A DNA stretch of 64,000 nucleotides, from assembly GCA_905331295.1 (NCBI GenBank), contig CAJNYD010000008.1:1-64000 (forward strand). Reading direction: 5' to 3'. This document shows positions 38,501 to 55,814 of this stretch, one piece after another. Origin of the DNA: Rotaria socialis (Eukaryota). The notes beneath the pieces were generated by a model. It did no database searches and was not told where the DNA came from. It worked only from the letters and a program-made list of their open reading frames with translations. The translations under genes and the position numbers were made by a program. Position 1 is the stretch's first letter, and each line of letters begins with the position of its first letter.

Positions 38501-41500
38501 AAATTGGTGCTCAATTAATATCATCACACGATTCAATAAATGATTATATATCAAATCAAACTGATCATAATCTCTTACATCAATCATTGAGATCACATAA
38601 TGGATCTATACACTTACGCGAACATCAATTAATACGCCTTACATGTGTTGTCTCACGAGCTCTACCAGCTGCAATTCTTCATTTTCCGTTTGACATTGAT
38701 TATCATATTGAAAGAAATTCTACAGTAGAAAACGACGATAATACATATCGAACAATACTTGTTTTAATTCTTCGTATTAACCGATATTATCATAAACGTA
38801 TATTTCATTGTGAAGCAACTCAATCATTAAATAATGATAATGACACTCAATATGAACAACATCGCGTTCTTTCCAATATTCTTCAAATGGATGTTGCTTG
38901 TAAGTGTGAAATTTGATATGCCGATTAGTTTCATTAAAATTTCAATTAAAAGTCAAAGAAAATAATTTCTATATCTCTAAGGGTGTCATCATTAATTTTA
39001 TACAACGCTCTGTCTTTCGTTTTAATTCTATTTTACTTGTCAGGACCATTGACCGATCCCTTGTCTCATTCAATTTGATCAACACTCTTCTTCTTCTTCC
39101 TTCCTTTACATCGCTATTCATTTTTCGCTTGGCTGCCTTCGTATATATTCATATGATGATGGCACAACACACACATAGAATACAAGTGTATGGAAGACGA
39201 AGAGAAAGTATAACTTGAGGGCAACTAGCTGCTTTCTGAAAAGAACATTGTATATAAAAAAAAAAGAACGTAATGTGCTCTTATCAAATAAACTATAGGC
39301 TTATTTTTCTACTAAGTATTACTTGTTGATAATAAACAGAGTTAAATTATGGTATTTTTATCTGTAAAAGTCAACGAATTGTAGTTAGCAGATGTTGAGT
39401 GAAGAGATTCTTCTTTCTCCATGTATCTGCTGACGGCGGCCAATTTTGTGACCAATTAAGACTGACATGTTATTAATCAACAACAGTCTTCACAAGATTT
39501 CTTCCTTTCTCTTTGATATGGACGCAGCTTCGGTTATTAGCTAGTATATGAATGTGTACGACTACATCTTTGAACTATCTATTACTAGTAGGAAAAAGAA
39601 AAGTTATGCGATGAGTTCTCTTCATAGTTTCTTTTCTTGCCACCAGTGTGTATGATGAGAAGAAAGAGGAAGGGCACGATATTCTCTTTTCTTTTCTCAA
39701 TCCAGTCTATTATTTATAACAGTTTCTATTAATAATACTTTCTTGTTCCTACTTAAACAGTTTTACGATATTCATCCATGTAAGTAGGCTTTTTAGTTTT
39801 ATGCGATAAGTTTGATTATTTTCTTTTTTCTTTTTGGAAACAATCAACTAGAGAACGGTTGTAAAAGGGCAAACAACGAATTATCATGTCTCGTATTGTT
39901 TCTCTGCTTGATTGCTGACATTTAAAGAGAGAATCTCTCTCTCCCTATATGTGTATATAAGGTTAAGTAGCTGAAACAATGTCAGTTGTTTTGTTTGCTC
40001 TCTATGTGGAAATTGAATGTCTTAGTGAGAGAAGTGCATCTCGTCTGTTAGAATACTTCTTTGGTAGAAACAAAAATGCTATTTTACAAATCCGGTGTTG
40101 AACTAGGATAAAAGAACATCATATAATATTTACGATCGGTTAAATATCAACAAAGTTCTGTTTCTTAATTGTCTTGCACATGCATTTTTTTCTGACGGAT
40201 ATCATTCATCCGTATGGTACTATATCAACAAATAAATCTATTATCATAATAGAGAAAAAAAATAACTCGATTACTTTGTATATGAATAGTATTATTACTC
40301 GTTCTTTTTCTTTTGTTACATTCTAGACAGTCCAATATGTTCTCGTAAGACCACAACTTTGCCGGAATTTTTAACAGGTATCCGTCGTCCAATCAATATA
40401 ACATGTCATATGAACAATGGCAATCCTGCAAAAATAAATTTCACTTGGCATCTACCAAATGGACATAAACGTTTCGGAAATTATTTAAATAAAACATCAA
40501 ATTATATTACAATAAAAGCAACTAATATTACTGACTTTGGCCAAATTACTTGTCGAGCACAAAACGAATTAGGTCTATTTGGGGAATGTCATTTTAATAT
40601 GGTTTTAGGAGGTCAGTTAACTATTTCTTCGTACTCGATTATTTACTCTATTTATAAACATACGATTAATCATAAGAAAGTTTTTTTTTCCCCAACAAAT
40701 GACATTGTTGTTGGCATAATGAGATTCCAATGGGAAAATTCAAATAATGAATTAGCTTTTGTCGATCAACGAGTTGAGCTAAACGAAAAACAAATTTGTT
40801 TAATTAGGCGTACTCTATGAGCGATAGTTGTTAGTACATTTTAGTAGTAGAAGTGCATGAGATCTACTACGTCCTGGTTGGCACCACGACTCAATGTTTT
40901 TGTTCTATTTAAGGTGTACCCGATCCAATAGAATCATGTCATTATACATATTTAAATACAACACTAACTGTAAATTGTATGGCTGGATTTCATCAAGGTG
41001 ATGAAGACTTTTTCTGTTATATGTATAAGCGACAACAAGATGGTTCTTATTCGGAACATGCTCGTTTGAAAGGTTTGTTTAATGGCAAATGTTTACTTAT
41101 TATAATTATGTTTTTGTGTTAGGCAATTGTGCATTTATTCTTCCTGATCTTAAACCTGAATTTCATCATGATTTTCGTGTATTTACAAAAAATAAATTTG
41201 GAGAAAATTTCGATCGAAGTTATTCCATTCAAGTTGGAAAATTGAAACGTATGTGTTTCTGTTTTAAATAAACAAAATAGTCATACAATGCATTCGTTTA
41301 GCTGAATCATTTGCAGAGAAAACTGGCATTCATTGGCCTTTTACGGTTTTATTTATTATCGGCGCATGTCTTGCTTCAATAGTTCTAGTTTGTTGTTCCT
41401 GTTATAGAATACGTAAAGCAATGAATTTTAAACGAAAAGCTGAAGAAAATTTTGACAGTAAATTTTATCCTTTGAAAACTAATAATTAAATCTAAATCTA

Positions 41501-42833
41501 GTGTGTTTAGATCTAACATATCGAAATCATAGTTCGCATCATTCGTATCACAATGCCAATGGTAATGATTGTTTAGGTAATTATTTTCACTGAAGAATTT
41601 TCTATTAAGTACCTAATCAATGGGAGCGTCAATTCCGTTCCAGGGACCCATAGTAATCTATTGACAAAAGAGACCATAAAAAGTTTTATGAAGTACGCAT
41701 TTTGTTTCAAACTGAATAAAAACGAATTAAAAATGTGTTCCGTTCCGTTCTGTAAGAGAGGAGAACCTTGACACTCTTACTAATTAGAATGACATCTGAA
41801 GGACCGTAAGCATGTCTAATTGAGTATTCTGTAAGACTGAAGGTTTCAACCGAATTACATTTTTTCCTTGAAATGGAAATTCTAATTTTGTTTTTGATAA
41901 TGAAGAGACTAAAAATAGAATCATCCATCCACTACGGAAATACAAGCGAAAGTTATGCTTCGTCGGCTCTTATTTTCCCGAGATTTATGAGTTAGCATGC
42001 CAAGTTAAAGAGTATACAATGGCAAAGAAATAAAAAGTAATTGTGAAAAAACGTTCCCGCATTAAAATTGTTTAGCTACTTATCATGATGCTTTTTTAAT
42101 AGGCAAAATTTGAATATCAATTTTTGTAATTCTAGTACACGTCAAACAGAATGGCAATGGAATAACCTATCCTGTACGTCCCTATCGTTCAAAAGATTAT
42201 TTAATATCTGCTGGATCATCCGAATTACATCGTAACAATACTCCCTTTAAGCCTATATGTCCATCTGACGATGAAACACCATCAAATTGTCGAAGCACAT
42301 TCAAAGAAACTGATCTTGATCATATACTTGATCCATCGAATGAACGACCCGATGGAACAATGTCAAATACGAAAACTCTATTAATAAATCGAAACCGAAC
42401 TATATTTACTCCGTATGATTCTAAAAAAGAATCAAATTATGACTCCAATCACTTTCCCGTTGTAATGCAACGTCGTTCAAGTTTTCAGGCAGCAACGAAA
42501 TTGAATAGTTTAGATTTTTCTACCACGCCAGAATCATTTTACTTTTTTGATAAACAATTAATAAAACCAAGTCAACGTGATCATTATTCACCAGAACGTG
42601 AACATTATCGCGAAAAACGTCGTGACCATTCAACATATGCAAAAGTCGATTTTAAACAAAAAAATAGTCTCGTTTTCGAAAATCAAATGATCAAAGATGA
42701 AAACTCAACTAAGGATCAAAATTGGTCGGAAATGAAAGCTGTTAATGAATATAATCGAGAAATTTCGAAAGATGATAAAAATTTTATTTTAAGTAATGAT
42801 GATCGCTATCGTGATGACGGTATTTTTGTGTAA
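35550..42833 (+). CDS. Ig-superfamily type I membrane receptor (Sidestep/nephrin-like): 3 Ig + FN3-like + TM + long tail; exons ~35550-35913, 38483-38899, 40327-40611, 40914-41072, 41123-41248, 41301-41457, 41511-41576, 42137-42833
   Basis: Signal peptide; DSGVYEC; LTCVVSRALPAA..FHCEA; YSPIC..NITC..W..DFGQITCRAQNELG..C.F...GVPDPIESC..N.TLTVNC.AGF (Sidestep-type junction); TM WPFTVLFIIGACLASIVLVCC. Confidence 0.8.
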
Positions 42834-44293
42834 TCTATTCGATTTGTTTTTTTTTTCTAAATCATATTTGTATAAACAGAAGAATAACTTCGTATGTTTT
42901 TTTTTAATTACATGTTGTTTGTTTGTTTTGAGAATTTTTATAAATGCATCCAAGCCGAATAACGATGAAACAGTTATTCATTTATCTATGACATCTTTAA
43001 TGATGTGCGAATGCATACTGACAAGTATGAGCATTTAGGAACTGTGTGTAAATCAATAAATTCATCGGGAAGGAACCTCAGCCATTTGCAGTTAATAATG
43101 GAGGAGGTTGAAGTATCTTTTCAAGTGAAACCAAGTCTTTTTATAAAGAAAAATCTAACCTCCTGTAGGCAATCGAATGATTATGATGAATTTCGTTTTC
43201 TTTTTTGTTGAAAAGGTTAAAGTGAATGTAGAGTTTTACATTGCATGCGATGTTCTTTTATTGGCCTAAACAAATCGATAGAAACGGTTCACTCATACAC
43301 ATATGAAAAACATTCGATGTTTAATTTATGTATATTAAATTCAAATTTCGTTCGTAAGCAAACAAGAGACTTGACCAATATTAAACTATTTTTCAGCTGA
43401 ATGTATAGATTCTTTTTCTTTAATTTTTCATCAACATTCGAACGAAATGAAGAAATATAAAATCCTTTACATTTTTGTGCAATACATAGAAAAAGCTGTT
43501 TCTATGTCATTTAATCTTCTCAAATTGACACACTTTGTGGTGTGTAAGGTTTTCTACTGTGTCTATGGCATGATTTCCTAGGGCTGAGAATATACAACGC
43601 CTTCGTTGTGTATTCCACTTCAACACTAAAAAAAGAACTAAATTTTCAAGGACACTCATCATATATAGTTACCAACTTGTGATGACAACGTCATTTTGTT
43701 GTTGTATTTAAGTGTCGGGATATAAGAAAACATAAACATCGATTGAAAAAAAAAAAGATTTCAATGCGGCAATTCATGTTTCATGATCCTTTTTTCTTTT
43801 CATACATCATATCATCAATCAATTTAAATTTTTTGTTCTGCCTACGACGAGAATAGAGAAGAAAAATTCTTCTTTTCCTTTGATTCCATCTAACAAAGCC
43901 TGACAAATTTGTACCTTTTTTCTCTGATTGATCGCTCAGCTATATTCGAATCATCGGTTTCAATCGAACCAGTTTGTTAAATGGAATCTCTCTGTGCTTT
44001 TTTCTCGTGTGTTTTTCTAAGCCATCCGAATCCCAAGAAGTAAAAATATAAACTATTTTCATTAATTTGTTTCTGTTTAGTTCTCACAGGAGCCGAACGA
44101 AAAAGAAAAGAAACAAAAAATAAATAAAATAACAGTACAATCGTTCTTGATAATTGTTTGAGAACAATTCAAACCATCTGATTTCACCTCTCTTTTTTCT
44201 TCTTCTCATTCGCGTATAAATAAACGTAAATTGAACAAGCGCATTTTGCATTCGATCTCAATAGGAATTGCAAGTAGAAGAATTTAAAACACA

Positions 44294-44901
44294 ATGAATC
44301 GTGCTCAGTGAGAAATCAATGCATGGTTGACTGTTTAATTTGTATTCTTGTTTCTAATCTTCTTTAGTCAACACCAGCCACAACACGGTAATCATCCTGC
44401 AGTAATCAAACAGCAATATGATTCACAAAACGTATGGGAATTTGAAAATAAATGGGAAGCAGGACTATGTGGTTGTAAACCAATGAGTCGATGTAAGGAG
44501 AGCATGCTTTTTTGGCTTGTCATTCGTACACATATTTATACTTAGGCTGTTTTTCATGTTGTTGTTTCTGTTGCATGGGCTGCAAATTAGCAAGTCGTTT
44601 AGGCGAAGCAGCCATTATTGGTTGTTGTCCATGTACATTATGTTATTTACGAACGAAGTTACGAACAGCACGACGCATTGATGTTTGTTGATAAGAATTG
44701 AAAATCATATATATACATATGAAATTGTCATTTTAATTTTTTTTATAATTTAAGGGCTTCTGTTGCGGCGATTTGTGCTCAGCTTGCGTTTGTGGTCCAT
44801 GTGCAGCAACACAAATTGCCTTTGAACTCGAACATCAAGGCTTGTGGGATGAAGAGCCAGCAAAAAAGAGTAAACCTGTGCGAAATGATCGTTATAATTA
44901 A
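44294..44901 (+). CDS. PLAC8/cornifelin family Cys-rich protein 1 (4 exons)
   Basis: Spliced translation: WEAGLCGC..CCFSCCCFCCMGCKLASRLGE..LRTKLRTARRIDGFCCGDLCSACVCGPCAATQIAFEL. Confidence 0.88.
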
Positions 44902-45387
44902 AGGAGAAGAGACAAAGAGAAGCAGCCGCTTTTGTCTTGTAATAGATCTTAAACTAATTTTATACGTTTTGGTTGTCAATGTAATCATTCTTTCGCTTTA
45001 TCTTTACGTTGTTATATGATTTTCTTCTTTTTTTTTTACTTTATTATTGTCATAGTGACGATATTATTTTGTTAATATCAAATAAGAGAAAGTCTTCGTA
45101 CAACATAGATGAAATAAAGCAAGTTCACACAAACGATAAAAACTTTTTTTTTCGGCTTTTCTCTCTCCTATTAATTTGTTATTTAAGAGAAGTAATTAAA
45201 CGATTTGCTTGCAAGTCTCTCTCTCTCTCTCCTTCCCTCCCTCCCTCCCTCCCTCCCTCCCCCATCTCCTAACAACAATTATTTATTGGCAAAACTCACT
45301 GTATCTTTATCGTCAATTTAAAGAAGTCGTATTCAAAGTTAACTAGACATTTGTATCGTCGCGATCAAGTTATCAACACATATAACT

Positions 45388-45938
45388 ATGACAAAGTACA
45401 GTAGATTTCATTTCGTTTTTTTCCATTCATATTGTTATCAAATCTTTCAATATATAGCCAACCAGTTTCACGACAGCCTGCAACAACAAGCGATCTTTAT
45501 CCCTATAAAGAAAGTTGGCAAAACACTCTTTTCGGCTCATTTAAACCTTGCCCGCGATGTACGTAATACGGTGATGATAATCAATCGATCCATACGATAT
45601 TGTATTTTTTTTCTAGCGGCTTACGCATGTTTCTGTGCTCTGTGCTATGCGGCTCAATTAACTGATCGTGTCGGTGATCATACGCTGACATGCTGCCTCA
45701 ATCCATGTTCGTTAACAGCAGTGCGAACAAAAGTTCGAGCAACTTATAAGATTAAAGTAAGTGAACCATTACTTTCGATTTATTAATTTTTTTGTATATT
45801 TTTTAACACTGTTTTTCTTGTTAGGGAAGTTTAATAGAAGATTGTTGTGTATCAGCATGCTGTACGTGCCCTTGTTCTGCAATGCAAATCGAGCATGAAC
45901 TCAATTATCGTGGTGTTCCTGAAAAACGCATAAAATAG
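45388..45938 (+). CDS. PLAC8/cornifelin family Cys-rich protein 2 (4 exons)
   Basis: WQNTLFG..YACFCALCYAAQLTDRVGD..VRTKVRATYKIKGSLIEDCCVSACCTCPCSAMQIEHEL; same intron positions as gene 1. Confidence 0.88.
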
Positions 45939-47946
45939 ATAAATCGAAATATGTGGGACAGCTTTTTTTCGTTTTTCTATTCGAATAGACAGGCAGAACT
46001 CATGTGTGTGTATTTGATGTTCGAATTTCAAACCAAATAAAGCAACAATAATCGATCATAAGTATCGAGATGAAACATGATATCATTTTTTGAATGAATG
46101 TCTAATAAGAATTTACATCACTTAAAAAAGATTTTATATTCAGATGTAGAAGAAAAACTTTTATTTGCTTTTTATTTGAATCAAAATCTGTATTCTTTAT
46201 ACAATGAAATTGAAGCATTTTATTGCCAAAAAAAGAAAAGAAGAATCGAAGGTCACTGCTATTTAATAATATTTAAAGTTACTTTTTGTAAGTACTCAAT
46301 TTAAGATATCAATGAATAAACATTAACCATTATGAAGCAATTTGATAAGAAAATTGTCTTTTCAAAGTCATCGTTAAATATTGATTTGAAGTTTTAACAT
46401 TATCATGTTTGCCTTCAAGATTTGAAATCAGTTACAACCGATAGAAAGAACTAACACGATTGATGAAGCTCGTAACGATGTCAATACAGACAAGAATATG
46501 ATTAGCCGTAGATGCGATCCGACCTGAGTGAAACGTTCTGGATCATGCACTGTGAACAAATATTGAAGTTTGAATAAGTCAAGAATGCGAGAAGAGAAGC
46601 TCGTCTGGGTTTGGATATTGTATATGATTGAGTATTATTTTTGCAGGAGTCGCAGCGGTCTAGTATGCAAAATCAGGATTTTTACTCATAAATCACGAAA
46701 TCAGGGTTAGGAAATATTCATCATAAATATTGAACTTCTACGCATCTTTCCGTCAACGAAAACGCATCTAACTAAAGACTTTTGTTTTCAATTCTTTTGT
46801 CTATCTTTGTTGTTCATTGTTCATACTAAATTATGCAGTAATAGGGAGAATAAAAATGATCTCTCATCTTTCAAGATTTTGTGCTAAGAAGCGCTACTAA
46901 AAAGCTGGTTTTTCTGTGCTGCCATCGTTCCCTATTCTGTAAAACGGTTATTCACTCCTGGAATGTTAAATAGTCAATACATTTCTAGTTGTGTCATTAA
47001 GTTACCTATTTCAAGTATGTTCACTTGTTTCATTGTTCATGCACACAGCAGTCTTTTCTGACGCTATGTGACCGATGCTTTGGTTATTGTCCGAGTGACT
47101 CATTTGATATTTTGACTATGATTCATTTCGTTACAAAGATTTGATCACTAGCGTAGACATGCAAAAAACGATACGTCATTCTTTCTGCATTTGATAATTA
47201 CTATTTTCACATAATCAATGCCAAACGATACCCATTTCTCGCCAAAGTGGCTATAAAAGTTGATTCAACATGGCGGACAAATGCACTTTCATTTGTATTG
47301 TTCGTAATACTAACGAACTCAACTGTCGTAATGCGGATTGGGGTTACCTGAAGAAACACTTCGAGCATCCTACAAATAAATTGAATTTTAAAGTTATGCA
47401 TAATAAATAAATGAAATTTGTGAAATTCATTTTCATTTATCAGTTAAAAAACATCCACGATTGACTTGAAAGAAAGATAGGTGGCCTATTGCGGAGAAAG
47501 AAGTCGCGTATTGATTATTTTCAGTAATTCATTACAGTCATCGGATGCTAGTTTACAAAATCAGGAAAGTAGTGCTGCTGCAACCCCTGTTTTGTAAGTC
47601 AACTTTATAATGATATTCAAATTAACTATTTATTTCAGCCGAACGAAACTGGATAAGAGCCCTGCGTACAGTTAAATTGTTTATGCCAGTTCCGTTAGAG
47701 AAACCAGACAATTTATCCTTTAAGGATTCCTATTTTTCTCGCAATTATTGCTCAACGAGTTCGAGAATCGAGTATGAGTTGAAATTAATGTAAAACTGTA
47801 TATTTAAATGTCATAGTGGATACCAAAAGACATATATATTGAAAAATAAAATTCCCTTCGTATTAGAATGATTTTATCGATTATCATATATACTATTGAC
47901 GATAGTACAAAATAATGGTTCTAGCAAGAAAAATCATGTATTTTCT

Positions 47947-52225
<4,279 letters not shown>

Positions 52226-52342
52226 GATCGATGATGCTGAATTATGACGAAACATTATCTAAAAAATAATCAATTTAATCAAACTATTCATTATTAAGCA
52301 TTAAAATATTTTTTCGGATTCTCAATAAAAAAATTTGTTTTT

Positions 52343-53697
52343 TTAAGCAGCTGCTTCATATTTGCCCAATGAAGCAAGACTATTTTGCTAAACAGAAATA
52401 AAGTGAATTCTTTTTTTTTATTATATTTCATAGTGAAGTTCTGTTACTTTAGCTAAACGAAGAAATTCATGGCTTGCTTGTTCATCATTAGCCTTATCAC
52501 CTTTCCAAGCATGTAAAACCGATGTTTGTAATGCACGCCCATAACTAAATGATAATAACCATGGTTTATAGAGTGCAACACGATTAATTGCATTTAAATA
52601 AACTGTAGAATTTTCTTCATTATGTCCACCTGAATTTAAAAAAAATTTAAAAAAATATGAAATCGTTCTATAAATCATTATCATACCGGAAAGAAACATT
52701 ATTCCTGGTACAGCTACTGGTACAGTTCGACGAAATGTAATAACAGTTGCTTCTGCAATTTGTTCAATTGAATATTGTTTTGTTGATTTATTACCTGGAG
52801 TAACCATATTAGGTTTCAGAAGTGTTCCTTCAAGATAGACATGATAATCATTTAATGCTTTATAAACTGTTGCTAAAACTTTTTCCGTAACACGTTGACA
52901 TACTTCAAGATCATGATCACCATCTTGTGATACTTCTGGTTCAACAATAGGTACAAGACCACACTAGAACAAGACATAGAAGGATTCAAATTCAGCCTTC
53001 CAAATTCATACTTGTTGACAAATTGAAGCATATCGAGCAAGTGTTTTTGCATTTTCATCGATAGCTAATTGTGATGGGCTACTAGGACCAATGGTTATTA
53101 CTGCTCGCCATTTAGCAAATTGTGCACCGAGTTTTTTATATTCTCGACATCGTTGTTCCAAATTATCTAAACCTATAATTATAAGAAAACAAAATCAAGT
53201 TTTTGTTTTAAAGCATAATTTTTCCTGTTTATTAACCTTGCGTTGTTGGCTCATTATCAGTACCACCTAATACAACTGTACTTTGATCAACTGTAATACC
53301 TGGTAGAATACCATTTTCTTGTAATAAACGAGGAAATGATGTATAATCATCATCAGTTGTGTGATGAAATGTTTCATGACATAATATAATTCCGCTAATG
53401 TAATGTGAGCTTTCTTTTGTACGAAATAATAATTGGCGATAATATCGACGATTTTCTTCAGTATTCTCAATATTTACTGGTGCCCAACGAGATGCCATTA
53501 TGCTTTAAAACAAAAACTTGATTTTGTTTTCTTATAATTATAGGTTTAGATAATTTGGAACAACGATGNCCCCAAGCTATGTATGTCAAACCTGCTGGTT
53601 CATCTGCAGCTAGAATGCCTTTACCCGGTGTAGCTATAGCTTCAGCTATTCGAGCTAATTCAATTTGTTTGTCTTTCGATAAGTTATAGGCAGTCAT
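52343..53697 (-). CDS. ALDO: Class I fructose-bisphosphate aldolase family protein, divergent; intron 1 disrupted by an N and a chimera
   Basis: [46 protein letters not shown] (Schiff-base Lys), [13 protein letters not shown]; ends SLGKYEAAA*. Confidence 0.93.
53497..53568. repeat. Exact 72-bp inverted copy of 53148-53219, ending at the N (53569)
   Basis: ATTATGCTTTAAAAC...GGAACAACGATG is the reverse complement of CATCGTTGTTCC...AAAGCATAAT. Confidence 0.95.
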
Positions 53698-54917
53698 TGA
53701 TACTCTTAAATAAAACAAAATGATATACGTGTGTATTGTCTTTATTATCAAGACATGTTAAAGAATGTATCTTTATAAATGTGTGTGTTTACCAGTGAGA
53801 TAAAAAGAAAGGTTTTAATTCAAATAGATGAAGGAAGAGAGAGAGAGAGAAAGAAAAGAATAAACACACATAGTCATACACTTTTAGATGTGTAAATGTT
53901 ACTGATAAAGTTATTGGTGCCTCGATAAAGTCACATGCTATGTCGAATAGAAGAAGAAGAAATAGATTTTATACCGAGACAAAACAAAATATGGAATATT
54001 AAAAACTGAACTTGAATCTTTTATTTTTAGAGATAAAAATTGATCATTCAGTACATGCGGACATATTATAAAAGACGTATTGAATGTAAAAACAAAAGAA
54101 GGAAGCAGATGTGTGTCCTTCTCTATTGAAATCATTCAATGATACGTACATATTTATTCGAAAAATATCGAATAGAATTCATATTTAGATGCCTTTGTTT
54201 TATATTCTTCATATGCAAAATGTCGTAATCAATAATCCAATTTTAATTTAATTTATAAATTTAATCTAAGCATGCGTTGTTATTCGATACAATAATCCTA
54301 TTCTTGACCACATTCATCTAGTCGGCTTGAATAGAATTTCCATTAATAATTCGTAGGCAATACTCAAGAGAAAATCGAAAAGCTCGAGATATGAGCTAAT
54401 ATCTTGTGAAACCTTATTTTCATCTCGAAAAAATTTAATATTGTACAAGTCTTTAAATTGAATTTGGAATTCTTTATCCATTTATATTATAGTATATCTT
54501 CTTATATTGGATAGTGGACATTACCGCCCTCCTCTGTTTGTTAAATATAAGTCTCGCGACTTCCAATTATTGTGATGTAACAGTAGTTTTATTTCGATAA
54601 TATCTTAGGATTAGCCAATATTGCTCACATAGACAATATCAATCATAATTGATACAATTCAACTACGTTCTGATTGGTTTTTGTGTTAATCAATCGGATT
54701 CTGTTTTTAGCAATCTTTGTACTGATGGATATAAATGTAAACTATGGAACTATGAGAGCTCCTACCTTCCTTCCTAGTACTTCTGTTATAAGACTTGTAT
54801 CTTTACTTTTTGCATTATCTGTAAGAAATGGCGCTATAATTCATCAATATCTTGACGGTGTGAATTAAAAGTGCATGCCGTTGCCTTCTATTTCAGATAT
54901 TATCGTAGTTTATAAGA

Positions 54918-55814
54918 ATGGGCTCGCAAGTGAGCAAAGTAGAAGATACTGTTCATGAACTGTATAGAAAGACATGGCCAGAAGCTTGGTGAATATCAAA
55001 ATAATTTCGTTTTCAAGAAATATTATTTTATTTTATGTAGGTATTTGACTCCGTCATTTCTTGCATCACTGGGCGCTTTAGGTTATGTTGGATATGCATT
55101 GTCCAAAGGCAAACCTGTTGCATCCTCACCCAATGTTTCATTTTTACATTTGATTGGTGTTTCCGGTGGATTTGGTGTTAGTTTTTGGATAACAACTGTT
55201 CATGGTAAAAATTTCTTTTTCCTCGTTTGTTTTTTGCTCTTGAACACAAAAAAAAGCGGAAATTTAGGTCGTGCTGTTCAACGTATGTTAACACGTGATG
55301 AATTCGCAACAGTACAATCGCATCTATCAAATGTTTACTTTTCGTCAACAGCTATTCTGGCTAGTTTAAGTTTAGGAACATTTTTGCTTCGTCATCCGTT
55401 TAAGGCATGGTCAAGAGAATCAAACAAAATGGTTTGTTGAAAAATAATAAATTTAGTACGAATATAATTTTTATTTCAACAGGGCATGGCATTAATCGCA
55501 GCTTTAGTTGCAGCTGAATTAAACAGTATTTTTCTTAATCCTTTGGTGACAAATTTAATGTTTGATCGAAATAATATTGAATTTTTACAAGGAGCTAAGG
55601 TTTTAATTTCTTGATCGCTTCTTCGAATCATTATATCTTGTTTTCATAGTCGACTGAGGATATTGAACGATTGACTCGTAATGATCCAAAATATCGTGTT
55701 GTTAGCAATAAATTTAATTTATTTCATTCAATATCGATGGTTTCAGGCTTTGTTTATCATGGTATTCAATGGTATCATCTATTCTATCTTGCGGATCGTT
55801 GTATTGTGCTGTGA
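54918..55814 (+). CDS. TMEM205: TMEM205 (DUF4149) homolog, 5 exons
   Basis: HLIGVSGGFGVSFWITTVHG|RAVQRMLTRDEFATVQSHLSNVYF; LNSIFLNP; DPKYRVVSNKFNLFHSIS; ends RCIVL*. Confidence 0.82.

Noticed and set aside
47200..47800. Exon-like segments with AG/GT boundaries downstream of CTPS
   Set aside because: Cannot be assembled into a stop-free, recognisable protein.
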